Origin: Octopus vulgaris
Lineage: Eukaryota
Reading direction: 5' to 3'
Length of the DNA stretch: 64,000 nucleotides
Assembly: GCA_951406725.2 (NCBI GenBank)
Contig: OX597822.1
Coordinates: 91,946,001-92,010,000, forward strand
The notes under the pieces are model-generated. The model was not told where the DNA came from. It searched no databases and saw nothing but the letters and a program-made list of their open reading frames with translations. The translations under genes were made by a program, and so were the position numbers. Below are positions 13,509-26,999 of the stretch, one piece after another; the first letter of the stretch is position 1; the number at the start of each line of letters is the position of its first letter.

Positions 13509-13792
13509 TTAATATCCAATACAGCTGCCGTAGTCTCCTTTAGAGAGACTTAAAAATATTAATATTTCTCTTTTTGAAAACCAGTGGATGTATTCCACCG
13601 AAGTTTAGGTAAATAATCCTTCAAACAGACAGTCAGTAGCGATGCCTGCTGGGTTCGGCTACTCTACGTATCTAAATTTAGATATGTAGAGTATACATAT
13701 ATATATATATATATATAAATATATGGATATGTAAAAGTGTGTATATATGTATGTATTTATATTTATAACTTAACCTTATGAACTTTCTGAAC

Positions 13793-13884
13793 TCTCTGAC
13801 GAAGCCCAGAGGCTCACCCAAATACCTTGAAGGGATGGAAGTAAAGTGGGGTACTGTGACCTCTTGGCTGAAACAGCTGTAAGA
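13793..13884 (+). ncRNA. Type I hammerhead ribozyme motif with long stem II
   Basis: TCT-CTGACGA-AGCCCAGAGGCTCAC...GTGACCTCTTGGCT-GAAA-CAGCTG-TA-AGA; about 13-bp stem II, palindromic stem III ACAGCTGT, GUA triplet. Confidence 0.75.
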
Positions 13885-14291
13885 AACAATTCTACTTTCC
13901 ATGTTCTATGTTATATATTTTAATAATTACTGGTATTTTTTATATATGTAAAGCATAATCTGTTACATACGTATGTATATTATTATAATTTTTTTTTTTA
14001 AATAAATAAATAGACATAATATAATGTCTAAAAGTTGATGAATACCACCTCTTGATCCCCTCCATTTTCTTATTGCCATATAAATTAAGGGTAAAACAAC
14101 TTTTTACCCTCACCCATTTATTACATTCAGTAATGTAATTGCCGTGCAATAAAAAACACTTGTGTATTAATAATTAGGTATTCTACAAGCAGTGTATTGG
14201 GTAGATATTATTCCTTAGTTGGTGACCGTGTGTGTACCGTTGGCGATTTTTTTCCTCCGTCTTCCTTTCTTTGGATCTTTCCTTTACTTAT

Positions 14292-14327
14292 GTTTCTGAT
14301 GAAGATCTCCACTCGAAACATTAAACC
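14292..14327 (+). ncRNA. Minimal type I hammerhead ribozyme motif (decayed)
   Basis: GTTT-CTGATGA-AGATCTCCACTC-GAAA-CATT-AAAC; stem I GTTT/AAAC, in a pyrimidine-rich pLTR-like fragment ending at a (TA)n tract. Confidence 0.6.
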
Positions 14328-14423
14328 CTCCTTCTTTCCTTCTTTCCTGAGCATCCAATAATACTATACTTGTTCCACGTCCTTACGTTGTTGTGTTTTC
14401 TTTTTGTGTTTTCATGTTTGGAT

Positions 14424-14481
<58 letters not shown>

Positions 14482-15521
14482 CTGACTGAGTGTAAATATA
14501 ATAGAAACAAGTTATCACTATTAGATATAACAAACACACACTTTGCAGAAAAAAAGTACCATTTCTCTCCAAAATGATATATCTAATTATATTTTAAGAA
14601 AACAAAATGGTAAACAAACCACTTACCAATTAATATGATCAGTCATCAGTAGCAACCATTCAGCCCAGCACAAGAACACATCAGCTCTCTTTTCCCACTT
14701 TGCTTTTTAACTAACTAACCCAAATCATTAAAACATTTATTAGTCTCAACAACAGTAATCTTGCCGGTATCTGCTTATTTCAAAATCATGATTATTCAGT
14801 CTAAAGTATAAAAAGAAGTGAGAAGCTTCTACCGAATTCCTAAGATTGTACCAAGCTGAAAAGCTTAACTTACTTTTGTGTTTGGAAAACAAAGGAATTT
14901 TGCCAAAATTAATGCAGTTGTTGTGGCAAGGAAAAACTCCAGAATTCACATAGAGTGAAGGTGATCATGTAAGGATTTTCATAGCAGGAATAAAAGTAAG
15001 GAAAATATAACACTCTCAGTAGTAGTCTTTATGCTATTTACAATGTGATTGTTGAAAATAGCAACTAACCTCAGCTAAAGGTTTCAATGGCTGGCATTTA
15101 TCTCCTTGCTTACAGAATGGAATCTCCCCCACAAAAAAAAACAAAAAAAACATGCATGTGTTTGGGAGGGGTTAAATTGATATGTGTATGAGTGAGAATA
15201 TAGGATATTGCACATGATTATGTGTGTGTGTGCATGTATGTACGGTAGGTATATGTGTATTTATGTGTGTGTCTGTATACATATTTTTCTATGTATGCAT
15301 TTTGCAGGGATTATTACTGCACATGTATGGGTTTGGCAATGCATACCTCTGTATGGGAAAGATCATAAAAGCTTTTAGTACACTGAGGTATCTATGTACA
15401 CACACACCAATGTTTATATGTTTATATACATATATGATTAAGAGGATGTATGCTGATGCATATGAGTGCATCAGCACAGGTATACCCATGAATGAGAATG
15501 TATACATGCTTTACTAATATA

Positions 15522-15557
<36 letters not shown>

Positions 15558-17099
15558 TGTGCATGTGTGTATGTATGTATGTGCATGTGTGTATGTATGT
15601 ATGTATGTGCATGTGTGTATGTATGTTTGTATGTATGTATGTATGTATGCATGCATGCATTTGTATTGTGTATACATCAATGTGTGTTGTACATATGTAA
15701 TCTAATATTCTGAGCAGAATATGCAAATTTTCTATTCATTTCTTTTTAAAGGTGAATATATGTCATTCTTGTTTAAGAAGTAATAGGAGATTAAGAAAAA
15801 TATCCAAATATCCTCAAAGATTTATCTAATTTTATGGAAAAGGTATTTTCTAATATCATGTTGAATGCAGCACTCATCACGACCTTGGTCATGGCATCTA
15901 CAAGAAACTAGTGAACATAAGTTACTTGGTTATTTACCTTTATAAAACATGAGTAGTAATATACAGGAAATTTCACATATCAATTTTCAGTGTGTGTTGG
16001 ATATGTTTGTGCATATGTGTTTGTATGGGTGAATGTCTTTACACATGTAGTAAAAGCAATCCTATTTCTGATGGTTTTTCATCCAGAATGAATATCTTTA
16101 TATTAGATTACATGTTTAAATTACTTCTTCTATAAGGAATAAAATATCATAGATACATAGATAAATAAGATCAAAAATAAAGACATACTTGTAGATTTAA
16201 TAGGTAGTTCTATTTAGGGTAGTGCAAGAATTTGATACTAACAGGTTTATATAGTGTTACATCAACAGGACAGCAAAAATAAATATTATTTGGACTTTAA
16301 AGTTATGATGATGAGGTAATTTAGATACAAATGTTAGTGAAACTCAATCATTATGAAATTATCTTCATAAGTTGCTTGAGTTTTTTTTTGGTTTTGCACA
16401 CACACACATGAAACCATAAAGTCAGGAGCTGTAAAGGGTGAATATATATTTGTTTATTTATGTGACTACCATAACATTATGACTATTTTGCAACCTTCTT
16501 CATGTCATATTAATTTCAGTATGAAAGAAATCGTATGTATATGTTGCATTAATAACTATGCTCAGCATTATACAATTCTATATTCACAAATTAATGCAAA
16601 TAAAGAAAGCCAGCTCATCAGACCACCAGAACATCATGGTTACACCAATAATACAACTCTAAATATACACACAAAATTCCCTTTATATATATACAATGTA
16701 TGAAAGGCCAAAACTGAACAGGTTAGATTGGTTTGGTCAGTAAAAGTAAAGATATCTCACTTCATATCAATTAAGTTAAAGTGCTTGATAGAAATTTAAG
16801 GAACAGGCTTTTCCTTAATATAAACAAAAAGAAACGAGACATAAGAAGAGGAAGTACAAATGCATAGAGTAAGAAATAGTGTTAAAACTGCCTTAAAGTT
16901 AACCAGCAAAAACCAAGGGTCTACTAAGTAAGAAAACAGACTGGATGCTACCCACTTTAGGTAAATGGCCATATTTGATATGTAGGAAAAGCATAAGTGC
17001 AAGTGATAGACACAAGAGGTGCAGCAAAATTACATGAAAATTAATGGAAAAAGTTGTGTAAAAGATGCACAAGACCAACTAATACTAAGGACACAGGGG

Positions 17100-17650
17100 A
17101 ACTAGATCTTCTTGAATGCTCTGAAGGCTCTCTGGAGGGGATAGATAGTTTCTGTTACCTGGTTTGATCTAATTAGCAGTAGTGGAAGATATTCTGAAAG
17201 TTTAGTTGCTACAATAAGAAAAGAATGAAGAAAGCTCAGAGAACTATTACCTTTGTTTGTAACAAAACATCTCTAAAGCAGATTATATGGTAGTAAAACT
17301 GGAACTGAAATGCTATTTGGTAGTGAAACATGGGCCCTGAATGCAGAAGAATGAAGCTAGCATACTTGGTTGGATGTGCAATGTCTATGTGCATGTATAA
17401 CATAGTGCTAATGTACTGAGAGAAAAATTAGATATAAGAGGAATCATGTAGTGTGCAAGAGAGAAGAATACTGGCCCCACCATCCGGTACATATCAATGA
17501 GGACAGCTGCATAAAGAAGTGGCATTCACATGAAGTGGATGGAACTTGTGGAAAAGGGAAGACCCAGGAAGACATGGGACAAAATAGTGAAAGCTGATCT
17601 CGAGACACTGTACCTCATAGAAGAGATGACAAAGGACTAAGATGATTGAT
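17100..17650 (+). mobile_element. Highly degenerate RTE-X LINE ORF2 3' fragment
   Basis: Similar to 20620-21110 and the C-terminus of 47765-49159 (DSFCYL, GSETWAL, RPRKTW). Confidence 0.7.
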
Positions 17651-18271
17651 AATTTATTGTACATAAGAAGACACATTAATAAAGGCAAATATGAGGTCCT
17701 AAAAATATTTATTTTTCTAAAATTATAGTTGGCTCATCAATATGCAGAATATGATCCCATTTTGAAGAATTTTCTGCATGGTACGACATTTGAAGAATCC
17801 TGCATGCCTTATCCTTTCCTCTTTTTATTTTACGCAACTGCTAATAAAGTACTTATCTATACAACCATAAATGGGTTTGGGCAATATTTTTTTTTATAAT
17901 GAATCTGAACTTGCAGAGTCATTAATATATTGTTTTGCAAGACAAAGAATTGATTTATATCCACCAGAAATACTTCTCGACTGCATAACATTATTATAGT
18001 CAAGATACATTTCAATAACATACCTTGCTTATTTTGCAGTAAACCACTACTCAAAGTAGATTCTATATATCAGCCCAGTGCTTGCATAAGTACTCTTGAA
18101 TTTTATCTGGCCAGGTCCGTGTATTGACATAAACACATGAAATGAATTGATGATGTACACGATGCTCTATTATCATAGTTTTAAAATTGGTTGAGATGAT
18201 TGATATACTTTCATACTTAACATCATTTTCATATTCTGAGATCTGCTTTTTTCTCTTGTTTTTATACACAA

Positions 18272-18657
18272 CTAGCAGTATCGCCCGGCGTTGCTCAGGT
18301 TTGTAAGGGAAATAACTATAAAGCATTTTTAGAGAGTTATAGCCAAAAAATAGCAAAAAAATGGAAAAAAATTATGGTAAATTTTTTTTGAGATTTAAAA
18401 AAGGTGGAGTTGCGTCCCCTAGACAGTTTGTGGTTTGTGTTTCTCATTGTCGACCCCATGTCGAATTTATCGATTTTTTTCAGAACTGGGGGAACTTTTC
18501 AAAATTTTCGCTGCGTTAGTTTTGAATTATGACATTGGGCTATGTGTGTGTCAAGTTTCATCAGAATCGGTTGAAAGCCGTGGTCAGGGTGAGGGTACAA
18601 GCAAACAGACACACAGAAACACGCACAGACAAACTGCCGTTTATATATAGAGAGAGA
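18272..18657 (-). mobile_element. Non-autonomous Helitron-type element
   Basis: Minus strand begins TC(TC)TATATATAAA and ends GCAACGCCGGGCGATACTGCTAG, inserted between A and T; same 3' end at 24263-24287. Confidence 0.7.
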
Positions 18658-18975
18658 TGACAAAGGATGGCAAATTGCAGTTTATAACTTTATTCCATCA
18701 GATCCACTAACTTTATAAAATAATGAATGTGGCATTGCATACAAAACTTCTCTGGGAAGTGTTTCATACGCTGTCATTATATTGTGAATATGCACCATTA
18801 GTAAGTGGGTTGTGGCAAAATTGTTTATTTGTCTATAAAAAAACAGGTAAAATAGCAGTGCCACATTTACCCCCAAATCCTCAATCACCTCATTTACATT
18901 AACTAAAAATGTTTAAATTTTTCATAACATGCTATAACATATATGATGTCAAATTATATAGCAATACCTTTATTA

Positions 18976-19490
18976 TATCAAGTGGACCAACCATATCACC
19001 AACACTGAAGTCCTCAACCAAGTCAAAATACCCAGTATACACATCTTGCTCCAGCAGCATCGTTTGTGCTGGCTCAGTCATGTTCATTGCATACCAGACA
19101 GAAGGATCCCAAAAGATCTCCTGTATGGGGAATTGGCTACTGGCGCAAGTGCACAAGGATGACCTCATCTTCATTTCAAAGATGTCTGTAAGAGAGATAT
19201 GAAGTCACTTGATCTGGATGTCTTGAGATAGGAGGAGGTTGCAAATGATTGCCCACACTGGAGGTAAAAACTGCAAAAGGGAATGAAAAGAGTGGAAGAA
19301 AACAGGTACTTGCCATCAAAGAAAAGTGCACTCGACAGAAGGAAAAATCAACAGTACTAGCAGAGAACTCCTTCAAATACAGTCGTATGTGTGACTGCCA
19401 CTCTTGTGTGGACCTGTACAGCCACAACAGATGATGCACCACCATCAGCAGCTGACATGATTTCTCGAGACCAATGGATTCTTACTACAA
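18976..19490 (+). mobile_element. RTE/BovB-like LINE 3' fragment
   Basis: + frame IKWTNHITNTEVL...RLCWLSHVH...RIPKDLLYGELATG...FKDVCKRDMK...DCHSCVDLYSHNR, with stops. Confidence 0.85.
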
Positions 19491-19599
19491 TGTTCAAAAG
19501 TAATTTAAAAAGGAATGCACAAGCACTTTCTATCAATTTATACTGTCATACTTGCATTTATTTTCTTTGCCTTGGTTTCCAAGTAAAAAACAATTTCAA

Positions 19600-20000
19600 T
19601 TCAGTTGTACTTCACACAGATGGCACCCAAACTCTATCAAGTCTGAACTTCTGCAAGGCTGACTGGAAGTCAATTGAAAAACGGATTATCCAGCAAAATT
19701 GGCTCTCTATGCCAAACATTGATATGAAACTTAAAGAATTTATGTCAATAATGCAAGCTATATGCATTAAATTTGTCCCAGAGAAGAGAACAACAACATT
19801 CAAAAGCATCATACAAAAGAGCAACAATATACAAAATCAAGACAGGAGAGTCCTTATGAAACAGAGAACAAAGATCACAAATCACTTAAATAAATACGCA
19901 AAAAATCCCTACATAAAGAAGCACTTCTAGAGATAGCAAATAGACTCAGATCTTCCATGAAAAGGAAAGGGCAAAAAGAGGAACCAGGATGGTGGAAAAT
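19600..20000 (+). mobile_element. CR1/Jockey-group LINE EN-RT linker fragment
   Basis: LNFCKADWKSI...ICIKFVPEKR motif. Confidence 0.55.
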
Positions 20001-21110
20001 AGTAAGCTATTGTACTTAGCCTTCGTCACCTAGAGAAAGCTTTCAGCAGAGTTCCCCACTCAGTTAAATGGCAGTCTCAAAGGAAGTTAGGAGTAGAGAA
20101 ATGGCTTGTTAGAGCTGTAGAAGCCATGTATAGTGGTGCTGTCAGTAAGGTGAGAGTCGGCCATGAATTCAGTGAGGAATTTAGCATAGAGGTAGGGTTC
20201 ACTAGGGCTCGGTTCTCAGCTCACTCTTATTAATTATAATCCTCCAAGCCATAATATGGGAATTCAAAACTGGGTGCCTGCGGGAACTGCTATATGCTGA
20301 TTGATGGCCTTGCTCTTATTGCAGAATCTTTAGCAGAATTAGAGAAAAAATTCCAGGTATGGAAACAAAACCCGAAATCAAAGGACTTTCTTGGACTGAA
20401 GTTGTTGTTAGTAAGAAAGAAGATAAAACTCTCTTTCCATCAAGGTAAATGGCCCTGCTCAATATGTATGAAAGGAGTTGGAAGAAATTCCATTCATTGC
20501 ACCCAGTGTATGGACACATAAGAGGTGCAGTGGAATTACAGGTAGATTAACAGATAAAGTCGTTTTATATGTGGCAGATGTACAGGAACAATAAGCACTA
20601 AGAGCACACGGGACACACATTCTCTCAAATGCCCAGGAGGCTCTCTTGAGGTTGTAGGTAGTTTCTGTTACCTAGGTAACCAAAATAGCTATGATGGAGG
20701 ATGTTCTGAAAGTATTGTTTCTAGATTAAGAATTGGGTGAAGGAAGTGCAGAGAGCTATTACCTCTGTTGGCAACAAAAGGACACTCTCAGAGTGAAAAC
20801 TAGACTATTTGGTGCTTGTGAGCGAACAGTTATACTCCGTAGTAGTGAGACATGGGCTCGGAATGCAGAAGACATGTGTAGACTGGAGAGAAATGAAGAT
20901 AGTATGCTCTGTTGGATGTGCAACATCAATGCACATGTACAGCAAAGTGTAAATATGTTGATAGAAAAGTTGGGCATAAGAGGAATCAAATGTAGCATGC
21001 AAGAGAGAAGACTATGTTGGTTTGGAGATGTGATGTATATGAATGAGGACAGTGGTATAAAGAAGTGCTGATCACTGAAAGTGGGTGGTAACCATGTAAG
21101 AGGAAAAATA
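20000..21110 (+). mobile_element. Degenerate RTE-X LINE RT fragment
   Basis: Homologous to 47765-49159 including WPCSICMKGVGRNSIHCTQC; many stops and frameshifts. Confidence 0.88.
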
Positions 21111-21299
21111 GCAAATCCCATGCCTCACTATATATATATATATATGTGTTAGTTAGGGTTTTCTTCCCCTGCTAACATTATATTATACATAAATATATAT
21201 ATATCAATACATAAATATATATATATATATCAATGTAAATATAAAAATAAATATTATCAGTGCAGGAGTGGATGTGTGGTAAGTAGCTTGCTTACTGCT

Positions 21300-22530
21300 A
21301 CCAAGTTGTCGCATTGTTCAATATGGTGGAAGTCACGTCGTACGTGAAAAATTGAACATTTGAACCATGACCACATTTGTTTTTTGGGAGTGTAGTGGGG
21401 GCTGCTGTGTGTATTTAAGTATCTTTTTCAAACAAGGGTCTCCACTGGGTTCCAGGTATTTGTTTGCCAGTGATCATGTAAGAAGACTCACTACGTAGTG
21501 AGAATTGTGTTTATTTTGGGAGGCGTGTTCCTCTGAAAATTTTTTGGAAATTTCTATGACTGTGTTTGTGCCCTTTCAAGTGGATTTTTACCATAAAGGA
21601 TAGGAGTACAGCTAGAGTTGGACGGAATACTATTTGTGCTGCGAAGGACTACCAGTTTGGATTACCAGTATAGCAGTTGGGCTTCCTATAAGGTTTGTAA
21701 ATATTCTTATTTAAATCTAAGGATACATCTAGGAAATTGGCAATCATCAGGTTGCTATCTGTAGTTATACTAAGACCGAAAGTTTACATTATTTGGATAA
21801 TATACTTCCTAAACTGAACTTGTGCTGGTCCATTGGTATTTGTGGTTAAAGTTAGGGCATCATCTTTGTAAATGGCGAAATGTACACCAGGAAAAGTCTT
21901 GCCCAACATATCGAGTAGGAATAGTCCAATGAGATCGCATATGCCTGCTCTGTCATATGACCCCCATGCTCACGTTGAAAGTACCGTCTGTACCGGTAGT
22001 CTTGACCCACTTTGCATTCTCACTGAAGAGTAAAGTCTTTCTAGCAGGGAAGATTATGTCCTTATCTTGTGTACTAATTTCTAGAAATTCGCTTGCGAAG
22101 ATGAGGGTTTATCTAGCAGTTCCTTAGAGATAGAGGCATAGAAATCGACAATATCGAATTACATAAATCTCGTTTATTCTTATTCCTAATTACTTTAAAC
22201 TAGTTAATGACTTCTGTACTATTGGACCATTGTACTAACCTAGTAGCATTTATGACTTTCACGCCTCCCAAAATAAACACAATTCTCACTATACAGTGAG
22301 TCTTCTTACATGACCACTGGCAAACATTGATTTTTCCTAAAATTTCTTTACTAATAATACCAATTTCTAATTTAGCTGGGTTAATAAGCCTACATTTAGG
22401 ATTTCATAGGAAGTTCTTTTTATGGTCTTTAATAGTTATAATGGTTTTTGGAAGGACCTCTATTCTTTTATTTAATTTAAGTCTGGCAGCAATGATGCTA
22501 GCTTCTTTACTATTCTCTATATTATAAATT
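21300..22530 (-). mobile_element. Degenerate Penelope-like RT
   Basis: Minus frames contain FDIVDFYASIS, MGSYDRAGICDLIGLFLL, FLDVSLDLNKNIYKPYRKPN. Confidence 0.8.
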
Positions 22531-22768
22531 TGAAATGCGAAAAGTTTGTTTGTCTGGTTTTTGGCATTGAGAACAGTAGCGGGGCATGCAAGAAATAGCA
22601 GCCAAATCTTTCCTTTTCTAGGGAAAGGAGCTGCTTACCCGTGGTTTCGAACTTACATTCATTGAAAGCATGCAAAATAATCTGGAAAAAGAAGAAAAAA
22701 CCCCACGAAACAAAACTCTGTTGCTGGGAAACTCAGACTTTTCCAGTGACCCAACAGGTTACGAGTAG

Positions 22769-23759
22769 TCTATATATAAAGCTAAAGTTGTCTGTGTATG
22801 GCAGGTTTGGTAGCCTTCAACTAACACTATCTCCTCCGAGACCCTGCAGCGCAAGTTGACCAAAATTGAGAGTATGATAGAAGAAGGCTTGCTCTTCATT
22901 CCGTAGAAGATAAAATTCAAATCAAACCATGTTAAGACTAAAAATTATTTATATCAAAAAGGTGCTTTTTTTCTAAAAAAAAATCCCAATTTTTTATGAT
23001 TTTTTGACTGCTGTGTCACCACTTTTCGGTGTATTTCAACCAGAAAAATTTTCACTTAAAGAGAATAACAAGCTACATAATGCAAAATTTTTACTTTTCA
23101 AAATTTCCAAAGGATTCAATGGCACTAGACGTGCTAGGATCGAGCTGAAAATTTACACACTTATTGAAGGCATAGTGTAGTTACGGCCAAAGTAGGTTTC
23201 AAGTCTATCTCGATAACAAAGGCCTGAAACAATGCATTTTCTGCGACTGAGTGGATGTCATACATTATTGCCTTAAGTTGTGTTCACGAAACATGTTGTA
23301 TTCTATGCGTGACTGTGCGCGTGTTTGCGCAAATGCAACAGAAAAATGGGGTGAAAACATGTTCAATTTTTGAGTTTAAATATGAGCATATACGTAGAAA
23401 AATTTCCTGAATCAATTGGAGCAAGTTTGAATTCTCTAGCTTGAAAAATGTAAATTCTAGCAGTTTTGTTTGTGCCTTTTTAAGGAGTTCTCATTTGAAA
23501 ATGGGGTAAAAAAATAGCTCAAAATGAGAGAATATTTTGCAGACGGAATCGCCTCAAAAATCGAATGGGAAGTGCTCTTAATCTGAATATATAAAGCTGA
23601 AGTTGTCTATGTGTGGCAGGTTTGATAGCCTTCAACTATCACTAACTATATATATAGATGCATATGTATACATGTATATGTATAGCTCTATATGTATACA
23701 TGTATATGTATAGATGTATTTCTATAGATATAGATGTATATGTATACATGTATGTGTAG

Positions 23760-23790
<31 letters not shown>

Positions 23791-24430
23791 GATCATCATC
23801 ATCATCATCGTCGTTTAACGTCCGTTTTCCATGCTAGCATGGGTTGGACGGTTCGACTGGGGTCTGGGAAGCCAGAAGGCTGCACCAGGCTCCAGTTTGA
23901 TCTGGCAGTGTTTCTACAGCTGGATGCCCTTCCTAACGCCAACCACTCCATGAGTATACATGTAATATGTACACATATATATACACATATATAAATGCAT
24001 ACATATATACACACATGCATCCCCACACACACACACACACTTATATAAGTGCAGATGTGGCTGTGTGGTAACAAACTTGGTTCCAAAGCACATGGTCCTG
24101 AGTTCAGTCCCACTGTGGTAACTTGACATGTGTTTTCTGCTATATCTGTCTGTCTCTGTGAATTCCTAAAACTTGAGAACTACACAACCAATTTCATTCA
24201 AATTTACAATGCAAAATTTTTAATTTTCAAAAATTCCAATCCTAAAGGGTCAAAACAAACCTGAGCAATGCCGGGCGATACTGCTAGTCTACTTCTATAA
24301 AAGAGGAAAAAAAATTGACACTTTGGCTTTGGTAAAGGTTCAATGGCACTAGACGTACTAGGATCGAGCTGAAAATTGGCAGGGATACTAAATGCATGCT
24401 GAGGATCTGACCTGCGATGTTTAAAATCCA
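22769..24430 (+). mobile_element. Tandem/nested Helitron-type non-autonomous elements interrupted by microsatellite, RTE and SINE fragments
   Basis: 5' TCTATATATAAAGCT at 22769, repeated near 23582; 3' CTAG end at 24287; internal segment near 23112 repeated near 24338. Confidence 0.6.
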
Positions 24431-24434
24431 CAAG

Positions 24435-25800
24435 CTATAAAGATGTGGTTGCTATGGCAAAGAGAGTGAAAATTGACAAGTGTTTGTTGTTCCTCTCTAA
24501 TGGTTTTTTTAAATATTTTCTTGATATCACTTTGTATAGGGGTCTCATCAGTCTTGCTGCAGAGGGGATGAAACAATGATAAAAATTTACCATACCTACA
24601 AATTGGTTCAGAGCCACTTGGCAGGGTTGACTACCAAACTGTTTTGTTCCAGTCTATGGAAAAGGGTCACTAGGTGTTCCTTGTGTAGTTCTTCATTTTG
24701 ACTTGCAATAAAACTCATCTAGGTATATAAAAACATGGTCTCCATCAAGCATTGAAAGGATTGTGCTGCATTTTTTAGGCTGAAAGTTGTACATAGTAAT
24801 TCATACAGCCCAAAAAGAGTTACAGCGGTAGGTAACCTTTGATGAGGTTGATTTTTGATAAAACTGAGCACCTGGCTAACTGGACTGAGAAACCTTGTAT
24901 CTGTGGAATGGGGTAGTGTTTGTATTGAGACAGTGATAATCTCCACAAGGTTGCAAATCTCTGTTTGGTTTTGGTGTCACATGTGGAAGTGATGATTAGT
25001 GACTGCTTGATTAGTGAACAATACCCAAAGCTCCCATGTTGTTGAACTTGGCCCTCACAACAGCAAGTTTGTCCAGTGGTAGATGACACATGTGGCTGTG
25101 TACTGGAGGGCAGGTAGTTGGGATGTGGTGTTTCACTCCATTGTGAGTAGTGGGTTTGGGGAATGTCAGGGTAGTGAGATTCAGGCAGTTCATAAGACAG
25201 TCCCAAAACTCATTCTTGGTCTGAGAGATGGCTGCTATGCGAGGGGCTGAGAGATGGCTGCTGTGCAAGGAGCAGCATGTGCAGATATTGCCAGAGTAAC
25301 AGAGTTATAGGTGTTGCTGTTGCTGAGTCATCTTCCTTTAAGATCGATCAGCTGTGAGTGGGCCTGAAAAATGTCTTCTTCAATAATAGGCTGATGGACA
25401 TCAGCAATGGTGAATGCCCATGTATATGTTTGTGAGCCAATGTGAAGGGAGAGAATGCAACATCCGTGCACTTTGATTGTAGAACCATTGGCAGCTGCTA
25501 AAAGTTGGCCTCACTTTTAGACCCTTGCAGATGCTGGGATAATGCTGACTTCTGCTCCTATGTCCAACTATGGACATACAGGAACAGCTAATCAACCACC
25601 ATAGTGTTTAACAGTGGCTAGCCCTGGAGTATCCCAGGGCAGATAATAAAGAGCTCTTGAAGTTGCATGGTTGTTTACACTTGGTAGTTCTTTCTCTGAA
25701 CTTGACAGTAAAGGTCCTCGTCTACAGTTTGTCTCCTACGTTCATTGGCAATGTACTACAAGGCCATCTTTTGTAAGGCGGTTTGAATCTATGAAAATTT
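24435..25800 (-). mobile_element. Gypsy LTR retrotransposon remnant (gag end, protease, RT)
   Basis: HNGVKHHIPTT.PPV, SKINLIKGY, TLFGLYE...LKNAAQSFQ, FVGMVNFYHCFIP. Confidence 0.85.
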
Positions 25801-26999
25801 GTTGCCCATCTTTTTAACAGGGCCTATAAGAATAAAATGTTTTTCATGAAGGCCAAATATGTAAAGAAATGCCAGCTACATTTACATTTACTGTTCTATT
25901 TCATTTATAGATTGGATAAAAATGATAACAAAAAACAACACATTGCAGTCTTCTCAGAATAGTAGTTACATATAATGAGTTAAGTTGTTTTAACTTACAA
26001 GTTTTTCATATCATTTTAGTGCTTGTATAGTAGAAATAACTGTTTTCTTCTATTTAAAATATTTAAAATTAGATGGATAAAATTACAGAAAATTTTAAAC
26101 AAAATTTAAAGTGGAGAAGAAGAGAACAATTGATTTAAAAGCATCAAGGTAAATACAATGTTAAAACAGGAAAAATATGAGAATTTGATGCCCTGAAATT
26201 TAAATGATGGACAAGTAAAGTAATCTAGAATTAAATAAATAAAGTAATCTAGATATTTTAATGAGGGTGCAGTGAAGTATGGAAAATGCAATGATATAAG
26301 AATGTAAATGTTGAATGAATTATAGTACAGGGTAAAGAAGAAATGCAGGGTTCATAATGTTATGTTCATTTATGGTTGTTTAGAAAACCAAAGTAGTACA
26401 CACAAAAACTTGTTTTTACTATTTTAGTGGTGATATATTTAGAGAAACATAGATAGAAATTTAACAGATGGTGAACAAGCGATTATTGTGTTTGCAATCC
26501 ACTCTCAAAGGCAGCAGCATCTAATGAACAAAATCCCATGCAAGCATGGAAAAACATATGTTGAATAAAATGCCAATGAAAAACAAATTCATAACTATCA
26601 GTATATATATTGCTTGTCATCATGAATAAGCATGAGTAACACCTACAGATGAATGATCCCTTTCAGCAAGATAAAAATTACTCAGCCCAATATTTAAAAA
26701 AGTATCCATTAATTACACTGGTTCTAATATTGACAAATATTAGAAATACAAGAAAAATGAAATGGTTTAATTTGAAAATTAAAACCTGAGTTTGGAATGT
26801 GAACATTCCTGCATCCCTGTCCCTTGGCATTTTATTTAACATGTTTCTCCATGCTTGGATGGTATTTTGTTCATTAGATGCTGCTGCTGCTTTTGAGAGT
26901 GAGTTGCAAACACAATAAGTTCATACGTGCTGCCTCTTTTAATTTTTATATTTTCCAGTAGTCTGAATCAGAATAAGCATGAAGAGCTGCTTTCAATTG

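Noticed and set aside
14700-15900. Minus-strand splice-like signals suggesting a second host gene (also near 1395-1430 and 17730-18260)
   Set aside because: No recognisable protein motif or consistent frame; cannot exclude lncRNA or UTR exons
18932-19174. Minus-strand 80-aa ORF that looks protein-like
   Set aside because: Antisense of an RTE/BovB fragment whose + frame has the recognisable motifs
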